From: Octopus sinensis
Lineage: Eukaryota
Direction: 5' to 3'
Length of the DNA stretch: 64,000 nucleotides
NCBI RefSeq assembly: GCF_006345805.1
Contig: NC_043019.1
Location: 10,415,360 to 10,479,359 of the forward strand
The notes beneath the pieces are model-generated. The model was not told the origin of the DNA, did not search any database, and saw nothing but the letters and a program-made list of their open reading frames with translations. A program made the translations under genes and the position numbers. Below, one piece after another: positions 39,927 through 52,586 of the stretch (position 1 is its first letter; each line of letters opens with the position of its first letter).

Positions 39927-40114
39927 CTCTGTCTCTCTCTCTTCTGGATTGATTTTCGCTGCCCTCACTTCCTTGTATGGTGTCCTTAAAGAGACGTTGT
40001 TTTGTTGGAACATAGTTGGGGCACGACCGTTCTCCCTAGTACCTCTCTCTCCTCACATTCCTTCGATCTCTTTCCTCGATTGTTTACGATCTCCCTAACA
40101 GACACATAACTACC

Positions 40115-42901
40115 ATGTCGTTTCCGCCTGGTCCTCCTATAGGCTTGCCTCACATGGCGCCAGGCATGATGACACAGAGTTACACTTTCACACCCATGGG
40201 GATGGTTCCAATGGGTGTCAGTATGATCCCGCCAGCCTCCGTCATGAGGCCCATCATAACGTCCACTACAACAGCTGTTGCGGCCCTGGCCGCCGCTGTT
40301 CCCTCAGTGTCGTCTTCGTCCACCCATCATCTTTCCATCACCTCTGCCACAACCCCCATGTTCAATTCCGGCCAAAAACATCTTCAACAGAATCACAAGA
40401 AGCTGATCCCTCAGGAGATTCCAAAGACAGAATTATTTACGAAAGAAGAGAAGCCGCCCGTGACCACGGTGTTTGTGGGCAACATAAGCGAGCGGTCGCC
40501 TGATACAATGATCAGGGAAATGTTACAACGATGCGGGAACATTCTTAGCTGGAAAAGAGTCCAGGGTGCTTCGGGGAAGTTACAGGGTTTCGGATTCTGT
40601 GAGTACGAGGAGCCTGAGTCTACATTAAGGTGTATTCGTCTTTTAAACGAATGGCAGATTAATGACAAGAAACTTGTCGTCAAAGTCGATGCCAAAACCA
40701 AAGCGCTGCTGGATGAATACAAAGCTAAGAAGAAAGTTGAGCTTAATAAATGGTTAGAGCAGAACCAGAGCCAGAAGAAATCATCTTCAAAAGAGACAGC
40801 TCCAAAAGTGACCACTTCAAAAGATGAGACAGAAACCAAAGAGAAAAGTGATGGGGAGAAGAGCAAGGAGTCTGCGAGTGGTTCTGGGGATGTGAGTAAT
40901 AAAACTGAGAAATCTCCATCATCAACAACTGAGAAATCTCTAACAGAATCGGAGAAACCGTCGACAGAATCGGAAAAACTTCCAGCCGAAGAAACTGAAG
41001 AACAATATCAGGAACAAGTTAGCAAGGAAACTAGGGTCAATGATTTGGATCAGATAACCATGAGAGAAGACTGTGTGACGAGAGCCGGCTTGGAAGCAAT
41101 CATGCGAGACTATGCTGAGGAACTTGCAAAAGAGCCACCTGTTGATCAAGAGAAGGAGGCCAAACAAGCTCAGAAGAAGAGTAAAGAAGAAAAGGTGCAG
41201 GCTGATAAAGGTTTGGACGATATGGAGCTGGAAGAAGAGAAGAAGGAAATAATTAACCGTGAGATAAAGAGTTTCCGAGATTTGCACAAGGAAGATGAAA
41301 GCAGTGAGAAGTCGAGGCATCGGGAGCGAGACAGACGTGCGCACGATGAACGCGTGCGAAGGGAGAAGATGCGCAAGGGGAAAGTTTACGAACGAGAACA
41401 CAGGGAACGCAGCTGGTCGAGGAGTATGTCGCGATCTTGCTCCCGGTCAAGGTCACGCTCGAGATCGCGCAGGGACCGGTCTAGAGACAGCTCTCGCGAA
41501 AGGTCGTGTGACAGATCGCGCGAAAGATCGAAAGACGGGGACAAACGAGGAAGAGACTGGGACCTTGAGGACGAAGAGGAGGCTTACGAGAGGAGGAAAC
41601 TAGAGAAGAAATTGCGTGAGAAAGAGGCGGCGTACCAGGAGAGATTACGGAACTGGGAAGCCCGGGAACGGAAGAAGAGTAAGGAATATGAGAAAGAGAA
41701 AGATCGAGAAGAGGCTCGGAAGTGTGAGGAAAGTAAAGAGGCACGAAGGCTGAAAGAGTTTTTGGAAGATTATGATGACCTAAGGGACGACCCTAAGTTT
41801 TACCGAGGCAGCGCATTGTCCAGACGGCTGAAAGAACGAGAAAAAGAGAAGGAAAACGACGCAAGGGACCGACAACGAGAAAAGGAAGAGCTGGAAGAAA
41901 TTAGGCGAAGATTAATGGAAGAAGGTCATGCTGACCCCGACGGTGAAATTGCTAAAATGGAACGAGAGAGAGATGAGCATTTGAAACCTCGACTGCACTT
42001 ACTTCCCCCCTTACCAGAACCCAAACTGCGTCACAACTCCCCAACCACTTCGCATAAGCGGGAACAGAAATCTGAAGACTCGAAATCAACCCTGCCCCGC
42101 ATGCAGGCCACTTTGAAACTTGTCACCTCAAAAGTAAATAATTCCCATTCGAACAGTATATCGCAGACTGAAAGAAAGGGAAAGATCTCAAAAACTGGTG
42201 CCGATGGAAAGTGTGATGGTCGAGAGAGTGGGAGCGAAGGAGAAGATGCGGAAATTGATGCTGGTAACAGCTACAACAAAAACAATAACAGTAATGCGGG
42301 TCCTGCCAGAATCATGAACACCCAACCAGTTTTCAGTCCGGCTGTGAAAGAAGAGGTTACCACGAAGATTGGGTTCAACGCCATGAAGCTACGCACCTCT
42401 GACAGTCCCAACGATTTGTCTAATACAAAGCGGAAAAAAATCACTATCGGAGATGTGTTTGGCCAAGACGACTATTGCTCGGAGGCCTCGCAGCGTAAAC
42501 GCAAGCTCGTGCCGCTGGACTACGAGGAAGAAAAATCCGAGAAAAAGGCGGCCACCTCCATAGAAGAGAAACGACAACAGATCAAACAACTCATCGAACA
42601 GATTCCGACCGGCAAGGAGGAACTATTTGCCTACTCCCTCGACTGGAGCATCGTCGACCAGGTCCTCATGGATAAACGCATCAAACCCTGGGTTAATAAA
42701 AAGATTGTCGAATACATCGGAGAAGAAGAAGCAACCCTCACGGAATTCATCTGCCAGAAAGTGGTGGGCCGTAGCACCCCTGCCAACATTCTCAACGATG
42801 TAGCAATGGTACTGGACGAGGAAGCAGAGGTGTTTGTGGTCAAGATGTGGAGACTGTTGATATACGAGACAGAGGCCAAAAAAGCTGGACTGGTCAAATG
42901 A
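40115..42901 (+). CDS. RBM25: RNA-binding protein 25 (RED120), 928 aa, single coding exon: Pro/Met-rich N-terminus, RRM, RE/RS-rich region, C-terminal PWI domain
   Basis: MSFPP start. TTVFVGNISE…LSWKRVQGASGKLQGFGFCEYEEPESTLR…KKLVVKVDAKTK (RRM), KEFLEDYDD.RDDPK.YRG, and RIKPWVNKKIVEYIGEEEATLTEFICQKV…VLDEEAEVFVVKMWRLLIYETEAKKAGLVK (PWI) all match RBM25. Confidence 0.96.
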   Translation: MSFPPGPPIGLPHMAPGMMTQSYTFTPMGMVPMGVSMIPPASVMRPIITSTTTAVAALAAAVPSVSSSSTHHLSITSATTPMFNSGQKHLQQNHKKLIPQEIPKTELFTKEEKPPVTTVFVGNISERSPDTMIREMLQRCGNILSWKRVQGASGKLQGFGFCEYEEPESTLRCIRLLNEWQINDKKLVVKVDAKTKALLDEYKAKKKVELNKWLEQNQSQKKSSSKETAPKVTTSKDETETKEKSDGEKSKESASGSGDVSNKTEKSPSSTTEKSLTESEKPSTESEKLPAEETEEQYQEQVSKETRVNDLDQITMREDCVTRAGLEAIMRDYAEELAKEPPVDQEKEAKQAQKKSKEEKVQADKGLDDMELEEEKKEIINREIKSFRDLHKEDESSEKSRHRERDRRAHDERVRREKMRKGKVYEREHRERSWSRSMSRSCSRSRSRSRSRRDRSRDSSRERSCDRSRERSKDGDKRGRDWDLEDEEEAYERRKLEKKLREKEAAYQERLRNWEARERKKSKEYEKEKDREEARKCEESKEARRLKEFLEDYDDLRDDPKFYRGSALSRRLKEREKEKENDARDRQREKEELEEIRRRLMEEGHADPDGEIAKMERERDEHLKPRLHLLPPLPEPKLRHNSPTTSHKREQKSEDSKSTLPRMQATLKLVTSKVNNSHSNSISQTERKGKISKTGADGKCDGRESGSEGEDAEIDAGNSYNKNNNSNAGPARIMNTQPVFSPAVKEEVTTKIGFNAMKLRTSDSPNDLSNTKRKKITIGDVFGQDDYCSEASQRKRKLVPLDYEEEKSEKKAATSIEEKRQQIKQLIEQIPTGKEELFAYSLDWSIVDQVLMDKRIKPWVNKKIVEYIGEEEATLTEFICQKVVGRSTPANILNDVAMVLDEEAEVFVVKMWRLLIYETEAKKAGLVK

Positions 42902-44067
42902 AAGTGACCAGCAGGGGGGGAGGATCTTTACTGTTTTTGACATCTCATAATCATATACATTCATCGACTCATTCCTCATACACATGCATATATACAGCCA
43001 CATATACACACATGCACACATACATGTATACATATCTGTATATACATAACTTTACACATATACCTCAACATATACGCAACAATGTGTGTGTAAATTCTTT
43101 TAAAAATATATACACATATATATATATAAAAGACTGATACATATATTTATGTATAACTATATATATATATATATGTATGTAGGTATATATATATATATAT
43201 GTGTGTATATATATATATATGTAAATGTTGCAGACAGAGACACATTATATACGCACACACATAATATATAAACGCACATATATATGCATACATTTATATG
43301 CATGTGTATAAAATATTATTTTCATAGGTATGAATGTATGGATGTATATATATATATATTTATACATATATATGTATGTATGTATATATATATACACACA
43401 ACACAAATTACATGGAAAAAAGACTGCTACAATTGTGAGGTTACATATCTACAACTCTATATGCATGTAAGTGCATGTGTATGTATGTATGTATATACAC
43501 AACGCATTTTCACCTACACATCTAAATGAACTGATGTGATATTTAAAGGTGGGGGGGAGGGGTTTAAAAGAAGAATATTTTAAAGGGAGGCTTGGAGGGC
43601 AAGCAGGGGCAGAGAGGCTGAGGAACAACATTATTGAACTGTAAAACTATGAGAGAAAAAAGGGGCTGGGGGCAGAAAAAAAAAATGGAGAATGAAACCC
43701 AAAACTGTACAAACAAAATTGTTGACTTTGGTGGTGGTCAGGATTTTTTTTTTTTTTTTTTTGCTTTTTTTTCCTGACCCCCCCCCCCCTAAACTGTTCC
43801 CTACACAAAGGATTTGTTGTCATGACTACATGTAAACAACAACGAAACAGTGAGTGGAATATTTATCTGAGCAGAAAAAAAAATGTTGACAAGTTTTAAT
43901 CTTTCCCTTTTTCCTGTGTAACAATGTTCTGGCATACACTTAACATACACACTGGTTAATATATATATACATATATATACACTGGTTAATATATATACAT
44001 ATATATATATATACACATACATGCATACATATATACACATACATGCATACATATATATACATACATG

Positions 44068-44111
<44 letters not shown>

Positions 44112-44155
44112 CATGCATACAGTTATATATATATGTATATACACATATACATACA

Positions 44156-44363
44156 CACGAGGGGGTGTTGAAAAGTTCCTGGCTTTGGGTAAAAGAAAAT
44201 ACAGGGGGATCGATTAATTATGATTTTATCCAACATATTCCCCTCTCAGATTCACACACTTATTGCAGTGGTCCTTCAGTTTTCCCAAGCCCCATAAAAG
44301 AACTCAGAAGGTTGGCCTTCCAACCAACCCTTAAAGCCAGGAAGTTTTTAGTACCCACTCCTA
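44156..44363. mobile_element. Tc1/mariner-type MITE (second copy at ~52962-53180)
   Basis: TIRs GAGGGGGTGTTGAAAAGTTCCTGGCTTT / AAAGCCAGGAAGTTTTTAGTACCCACTCC; the internal sequence is shared with the 52962 copy. Confidence 0.75.
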
Positions 44364-44440
<77 letters not shown>

Positions 44441-44618
44441 ATACATATACACATTTGCATTTCTGTGTTCATCTTGTGGATACATATATATATATATACA
44501 CGCATACACATTTATGCAAACTTATGCACTCACTCACATTAATATACATTTGCATCTACATGTTATATGCATAGATGCATTCATACATAGATATACAAAT
44601 TTACATATTTCTGTGTGC

Positions 44619-44661
<43 letters not shown>

Positions 44662-45209
44662 GCAATCAATTTCTAAGAGTCATATCAAAAGATAGCCTAT
44701 ATATGTTATATACATATTATGTATGTTTGTGTCTGTGTGTATATGTATGTATGTATATATATATATATAAATATATATGCGTGTGTGTATATATATATAT
44801 TGTATACATGCACTAACACTCATTTCTGTATGAGATGTGTAAGTGTAGGTATAGCATGTGTGTGTATATATATATACATATTAGAAGGAAACCACTATGT
44901 GGACAACCTTATGCTAGAAATAGATCCGCTATTGTCTTACCACTAAGAAATGTTCTCAAGAAATCGATGTTAATTAAATTAATATCTAATTTCTCACCCT
45001 CATTTTAAATATATATATATATATCTGTATGTATATGCATGTATTCTCTAAGTTAAAGAAACATTGCATTCTTGAAAGTCTCAGTGTGACGTGGAATATC
45101 GTCCTGTGGAATCAATTTCCCATTAAACTCCTGTGGTACACGGACGTTTAATGGGGAATTGGTTTTATATTACAACAAGCTTTTCAGGAACCAAAACAAA
45201 GTGGATGCT

Positions 45210-45242
<33 letters not shown>

Positions 45243-45357
45243 AGACAAAAGGTAATTGTATATCATTTGTGCATGCATGCATTTAACAGGGTGAAGAAAA
45301 GCTATATGTATTATTTAGTGTTTGTGTGTGTATATACATATATAATTATATATATAT

Positions 45358-45408
<51 letters not shown>

Positions 45409-45982
45409 CACATGTATATAATTATATATATATGTATATACATATATATAATTATATATACACACACATATATATATGTACATGTATATATATACATATA
45501 TGATTTTATATACACACACACACATATATATATATGTACATGTATGTATATATATATATATGTGTGTGTGTGTATATATATATATATTGTATACATGCAC
45601 CAACACACATTTCTGTATGAGATGTGTAAGTGTAGGTATAGTGTGTGTACATATATATATATATACATATTAGAGGGAAACCACTATGTGGACACCCTTA
45701 TGCGGTGCCCCAGCATGGCCACAGCTCGTGAGCTGAAACTAGAATCAATCATATATATATATAAGCAGCTGCCAACAAACTATGTATGATATCTGGTCTG
45801 GCACACATGTATTTGCATATATCCCCAGAGTGTACCTGTATGATCTACATTTGTGTGTGTCTGTGCACATGTGAGTGAGTGTGTGGTGTGGTGTGATTGG
45901 GGGGGGGCTACTATTTGAACATCTTGTCCTATTTCTGTGTGTGTGTGTCGACATATGGGCAGCAAGGTGCGTGTATGTTAGC

Positions 45983-46014
<32 letters not shown>

Positions 46015-46323
46015 CACACACCAAAAGGTACACTTTTATGTCAATGTGTGATTGCATATATATTATTTATAAGTTGAAAAACATGTACATAGCACATACA
46101 CACAGACACATATAAGTATATATAATATCCATATATACTCACCTATATAAATATATACACACTCCAGATTACCATGTTATAAAAAAAATTACCAAATTCA
46201 GTATTAATTTTTCATCAGAGCTTTCATAGACATTTACATATACACACTCAAACAATTATACATACCTAAGTACATTTATTTATATATATATACATCCTTT
46301 ATTGTTTACTGATCTCAGGCACC

Positions 46324-46374
<51 letters not shown>

Positions 46375-48569
46375 TATATATCACATGACAGACCGGGCTA
46401 TCAGATGTTGTTACACATCACTGGTCACAATGCACTTTTTGCATTGTTTGAGTCTTCAAATGACACCAGCCCGCTGGCTAACATTGCCCCCTAATAAAAA
46501 AAAAGGTGGGGGGACTGGAGCAACGTGAAATGAAGTGTTTTGCTCAAGAAGACAATACGCTGCCAAGTCATGGAATCGAACCCAAGATCTGTCAATCATG
46601 AGTGCAACAGCCTAACCACTAGGCCACGCACCTTCACACACACACATACACATACATATATATTTATATACATACATATACATTATACATTGATATTTTG
46701 GAACTGGTGTCCTTATTTTAGTTGAAATAGTCAGTCTTGCCTCTGTTGCACCTTCTGACCTTTTTCAGGTTCCTTTTGTATTCAGATATGTTCTTGGAAT
46801 TTCCAACGAAACCCTTTATTGAATCCTTAGGAGGTTAATCTGATCTCATTCCATTGTCCACAGTTCTGGGAATGTTCTCTTTATTATTCTACAACTTGTG
46901 ATGCTTTGGGGGATTGAACCTGCATCCTCTGTGGTTACCTGTAGTAGTTTAGCTAAACTACTCCACTTAACCAATGCTGGAGTTTACCGTCTTATTTGTC
47001 CCCTACAACAATTAAGTAGTGCAAATAAGGTATTTTAACCCATCAGCATAAACCGAAATAATATTCCTGTTTTATGTTCAAAATGATCAGTTCTGGCCTC
47101 TCACACCTACCCGATAATGTCACCCTAAAAATAAACAATCACATCATAAAAATCTTGAAGCTACAAGATTAATTCAAGACAGTGTGATTAACCCTCGAGA
47201 TTTCAGATTATATTCTGTCAAATTTAATATTTATTTGTTCACATTGCTTTGAATTAATCATGCATTATCTTCTTAGCTTCCAGATTTCAATGATGTGACT
47301 GTTTGGTTTTAGAAGGATATTTTAGGTCAGGTGTTAGAGGCCAGATCTGGACGATTTGAATATTATACAGGTAAAATATTTAGTCTGGATTATGGCTTGT
47401 TTAAAAGCTAAGGGGTTGAATAAGCTTTACACTTGACAGAGTAATCTAAGTGCTAAAGGATCAAACCTAACTTCTTTTATTGTTATGTTTGTATGTTTAA
47501 CCCTTTGCATTCAAATGCCTTTTTATTCACACTGTTTTGAATTAATCCTGTGTAATCTCTTATGCTTGTGATTTTGGTGATGTCGTCGTTGTCATTTAAC
47601 GTTCGCTTTCCATGCTAGCATGGGTTGGACGGTTTGACTGAGGGCTGGCGAACCAGATGGCTGCACCAAGCTCCAGTCTTGATCTGGCAATGTTTCTACG
47701 GCTGGATGCCCTTCCTAACGCCAACCACTCTGAGAGTGTAGTGGGTGCTTTTATGTGCCACCGGCCATGAAATGACATTATATGGTAGGTTTAAGAGGCT
47801 GGATCTTGACAGTTTGAACATAAAATATAGGTAGAATACTTGGGCCCAATATGGCTGGTTTAAATGCTAAAGCGCTAATGTTCTACCTTGGTTAACTCTT
47901 AGCTTATTGTAACACACAGTAACACATTGAAGCTGCATCAGTGAGCCAAGCCTGAAATTCATATCTCAAGAACCAAACTTACCTTCATTTTGAAGGAAGT
48001 GAGGGAATATCTAACATCAAGGAGAAAATTCTAAGCCCTTCTTTTAACATTCATTTTTCTTATGTAGCAGAATCATTACAGGACTGGGGTTTTGATTTAG
48101 AAAATTTTCAACACGATGTTAATTAAAGACTTTTAAGGTGTTCCTCTCAATGCTGGGCCAACTGAGGAGGTTATCAAAGCACAGCATAAAATAAAAGGTT
48201 TGGCTCCAAATTTCTATTCCCTGATGGTCCTACAAGCTCAAAAGAAACTGGCTTTTGTTAGAGGCCTGTGAAGCTTTAAGTTGCATGAAACCAAATCAAA
48301 TTCTTTTAAATAACATATATATATATATAGGTTGGCATTAGGAAGGTCATCCAGCCAGAGAAATCATGCCAAAGCAGATATTGGAGCTTGATGTAGCCCT
48401 CTGACTTGCCAGCTCTGGTTCACTTTTTCAACCTATGCCAGCAGGAGGACAGGTGTTGTTGATGATGATGATGATGTTTTCTCTGCTTGAAGTGTAACAA
48501 AATAGTGACATCCCAGGCAGTAGAATAATGAATAAGGTGAATATTATGTGTATGTATTTATATATATAT

Positions 48570-48870
48570 CACCGTGACCGAAAAGGCTATCAGATGTTGC
48601 TACACATCGCTGGTCACAATGTGCTTTGCATTGTTTCAGCCCTCAAGTGACGCCACCCCGCTGGCTAAGCGAGCGGGCCAACAGAAGAAAGAGTGAGAGA
48701 AAGTTGTGGCGAAAGAGTACAGCAGGGATCGCCACCACCCCCTGCCAGAGCCTCATGGAGCTTTAGGTGTTTTCGCTCAATAAACACTCACAACGCCCGG
48801 TCTGTGAATCGAAACTGCGATCCTACAACCGCGAGTCCGCTGCCCTAACCACTGGGCCATTGCGCCTCCA
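48570..48870 (-). mobile_element. tRNA-derived SINE (partial copy at ~46385-46485)
   Basis: Reverse strand TGGAGGCGCAATGGCCCAGTGGTTAGGGCAGCGGACTCGCGG…GTTTCGATTC head. Confidence 0.7.
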
Positions 48871-48939
48871 TATATATGTATATATATATATAATAAAAGA
48901 GATAATAAAGGAATAAACGATTATCTTATCAACTTCATT

Positions 48940-49020
48940 GGCTTACAGCTGTTTCTGCTATAAGATGCAGTGGATTTGTAGTTGAGTGCCTAAGCAACAC
49001 CTTACAATTTCATCAGAACC
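48940..49020 (-). ncRNA. Hammerhead-like motif, family with copies at 54016-54096(-) and 54512-54589(-, degenerate)
   Basis: Minus strand GGTT-CTGATGA-AATTGTAAG…CTTATAGCA-GAA-ACAGCTGT-A-AGCC. The 54016 copy has stem II GCTATAAG/CTCATAGC. Confidence 0.55.
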
Positions 49021-49426
49021 TCAAACATGAAGTACAATTTATTTGAGAAAACAAATACATTTAAGCATATACAGATATATATATACCATCATTATCATCA
49101 TCATTTAACATCCATGCTGGCATGGATTGGACTGCTTGACATAAAACTGGTCAGGGCCAGGATCCACAAAAGGTTCTATAGTCTGGATTCTGTGGCTGGA
49201 TGCCCTTCTTAATGCCAACCACTCCAGAGAGTGTACTGGGTGCTTTTTGTGTGGCACCTTGGTTTTAGGATCTCAATTCTAGTGTGATGGGCAGGTTTTC
49301 TCCAGTACAGCAATGTGCCACATGTCTCAGTCCTCTGTCTTCTCTTTCGTAAGGTTAAGCATTTTGAGTGTATATATCTATATACACACACCAAAATATA
49401 TTTGTGTTTGGATATCTAGATGTATT

Positions 49427-49464
<38 letters not shown>

Positions 49465-49701
49465 AGTCACACGTGTGTGAGAGAGAGAGAGAATGATCTA
49501 ACAACTCCCACCCCCGTAGGTTTAATAAAGGAGTTGATTTGAGATTCCAAGAGCATTACCATATATGGTAGGCACCTATGAAAAAGAAAGCCAGAGGGCT
49601 CAACTACTAAGATGTCGTGACTATAACAACCAAAACAGAGGCCAACTGGTCTGAATATATCAGTGTATTCCTCACCTCTGAAACCAAGGCAATATGAAGT
49701 G

Positions 49702-49740
<39 letters not shown>

Positions 49741-49752
<12 letters not shown>

Positions 49753-49982
49753 ACAAAATTTAGAGGACTGACCACTAAAAATGGACAGCCTGTATGCTAG
49801 ATATAGACATCAAAATCACCATTTTCCACAAAGAACGTCTATATCTAGCATACAGGCTGTCCATTTTTAGTGGTCAGTCCTCTAAATTTTGTGTTTATAT
49901 ATATATATTATATATATATACACACATACAAAATTTAGAGGACTGACTATTTTTTAGTGGTCAGTCCTCTAAATTTTGTATG
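49741..49982. repeat. Two adjacent perfect inverted repeats of the same sequence, embedded in (TA)n
   Basis: An arm of ≥62 bp ending at 49808 pairs with 49837 onward (28-nt loop). A second hairpin has 23-bp arms (49925-49947 / 49960-49982). Confidence 0.9.
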
Positions 49983-50116
49983 TAAAAAAAATTTTTAATC
50001 TTCAGATTTTTTTTTTTTTTAATATGCTAGGCCACTGGTTTTAATTGATTAATATCAATTTCTACCCTTATTTAATATTATATATAAATATATATATATT
50101 TACAGACACACACATA

Positions 50117-51588
50117 CCAGGTTTAGTCAAAAATTTTTTCATATCTTAAGCTTTATTTCAAACAAATTACATACGTGAAGCATTTATTCATCGAAATATA
50201 TCCCATCATATTCTATTGTCTGTTGTTGCCATTGTTGTACCAGAAGCTCAATTCCATGCTTATACCATTTGGCTGGTTTAGAGGCAAAGAATCTCCCTGC
50301 ACCCGTTTTCAACCTCATCTACATTGCTGAACCTCCGTCCGTGCAGGATATGAGCCATGGTTCAGAAAAGATGTGGTGCCCCAGCATGGCCGCGCCCTTT
50401 GGGCTAAAACATTTTTAAGGATTTATGGTGGACTGTAGGCAGAGTGAGGCAGCACTTCCAGCCCATTGAGTTTCTTATTTCTTTATTACCCACAAGGGGA
50501 CAAACAAAGGGATTAAGTTGATTATATGGACCCCAGTGTGTAACTGGTACTTAATTTATCGACCCCGAAAGGATGAAAGGCAAAGTTGACCTCGGCGGAA
50601 TTTGAACTCAGAATGTAATGGCAGACAAAATACTACAAGGCATTTCGCCCGGCGTGCTAACATTTCTGCCAGCTCACCCCCTTCTTAAGTCCATCGAGTT
50701 TCTATCTGGTTACATTGGCAGTATAAGCTGGGGTGTTATCATGCTTTAGGGGTGCACATCTTTGATTGACCAATGCTTGATAGTGGGCTTTCAAAGCATT
50801 ATATACTCACTGAGGTTATTGAACCTAAAAGTTAGCATTTACAGCATGACCATGTGGGGCAACCTCAGAGTGTAACGCCCCCTCAAAATTCCACCAAAAA
50901 CACACATCATGACCGTCTGTTTAAACAGCTCTTGTTTGTCAACAGGTTCTGAAGCCTGGCTGGAACAAAGCCACTGATTTCTCTTATTAGGATTACAAAA
51001 ATAGATACATTTTTCATTCCCACTTACAGTTCAATGCCAAAAATAGGCATTTTGAGGACTTGCCAGCAGTTGTTTGCAAATGTCCACACATCATTGAGCC
51101 TGGTCGTGAGGAGCTTCTGAACAGTGTCTATTCACGAGGCCAAACTTAGGGAGGTGTTGATTAATAGTGCTTTGTGGAGGACCAAGTTCTGCTGATGATG
51201 TACAAGTGCTTTTGCTTGCTTGTTGTTCAACCCTTCAAGCAAGGCCTCATCTTCCACAACTGAAGGTCTCCCTAACCTTGGTCACCCTAACCTTTGTGTC
51301 ACCTCCCTTAAAATGTCTGATCCAGTTTTGTGCCTCGTGTGTTCGTTAGCAGTTCCTGGGCCTTCCACATCGTTAATTTCTTTTACTGCTGCCCTTGCCC
51401 TCAGTCCTTTGGCCCCCAATTGTAGTTTTTTCATCATTCATTATCAAAGCTGTAAAATAAAGAATAAAAACTTAATGTTTATATCCAACAATTGGACAAC
51501 AAATTGTATCAAATTAATGATATAACATGGAGATACAAGTAACCCAAAATCATCTGTGAAAATCTGAAAAACTTTTGACTCAATCTGG
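50117..51588 (-). mobile_element. Near full-length mariner transposon fossil interrupted by SINEs (~50365-50680)
   Basis: TA|CCAGGTTTAGTCAAAAATTTTT … AAAAACTTTTGACTCAATCTGG|TA TIRs. Decayed transposase: AAVKEINDVEGPGTANE…RPSVVEDEALL, VSGNEKCIYFCNP…QWL, TVMMCV.WWNFEG, HDNTPAYTA, KWYKHGIELLVQQWQQ…YDGIYFDE*. Confidence 0.88.
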
Positions 51589-51699
51589 TACACATATACA
51601 TTTTTAAAGCATTCTTTTTGAAACTGAAATAGAGAAAAAAAAATTTTTTTTTAAATTAAAAACCAAATTCCACCCCACATCATTCACACGCACCTCAAC

Positions 51700-52045
51700 C
51701 CAACACCTCCTCAGTTCGCAAAGAAATACATGACCAAAGAGATTTTTCTCTTATTCCAGAGCCTAATCGCTCCTCTCTCGCAAACCAAGCATCAATTCCA
51801 CACACAGTTTCTTCAAGATATGTCTCACAGACGCTCTGTGATGTTTTGGGTCTTTCGACATCAGACCCCACCACCTTGCCCAGTTGACCCAGCAATAGTT
51901 TGGTCAAGCCCTAGCTACGGATCCCAATTGCAGCAAATCCACTGGCCCACTGGCCCTCTTTATCTAAAGCCACCTTGTGGCTTCCTCTGCAGCATCATTG
52001 ATGACCCTTTTCTGTGCTGCATCAGTAACTCCAAGCCCAAGTTAT
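51700..52045 (-). mobile_element. 3' end of a restriction-like-endonuclease non-LTR element (HERO/NeSL-like)
   Basis: Minus strand LGVTDAAQKRVINDAAEEATRWL*IKR followed by GTCTGATGTCGAAAGACCCAAAACATC, recalled as resembling a HERO-type C-terminus and 3' UTR. Confidence 0.55.
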
Positions 52046-52586
52046 AACAACAACAATAATAATAATAATAATAATAATAAACATACACACCACATGGGAA
52101 AAAAATAAATGACACCCTTCTCTCCACTTCCTCTCATCTCCATGCCATAGTTTATTATGGACCTTTTCTCTGAGCAGCTCCGTCTGACTGACCACCACCA
52201 ATCAACCGACCACCCACCAGCACCACCACCACCACAACATAGGACATTGACCGGTGGGGAGTGAGATTGTGTAGGAGATGATCGTTGATGTGTGGTCAGT
52301 TCAGAAGCAGGGCAGGGCTTGCATGAGAGACAAACAGACAAATTGTAATTGGTTTGTTTCCCATGCTGGTTGTTGGGTGGATGGGTCAGTCATGTCCAAT
52401 GTCCAGGTTTCCTATACCCTCTTGTCTTACACTGGCTCTGGCTCTCCACTGCTGCCCACCACTACTGGACACACAGTCAAACATACTGGACTCTTGAGCA
52501 ATGGATTCCATTATCTCTAAAATAAATATGGTCACCTCAAGTGATATAACTGCTGTTGTATTTATTATTTATTTATTGTTCTCATT

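Noticed and set aside
40411-43033. Antisense and alternate-frame ORFs overlapping RBM25
   Set aside because: Shadows of a purine-biased coding strand with no recognisable domains.
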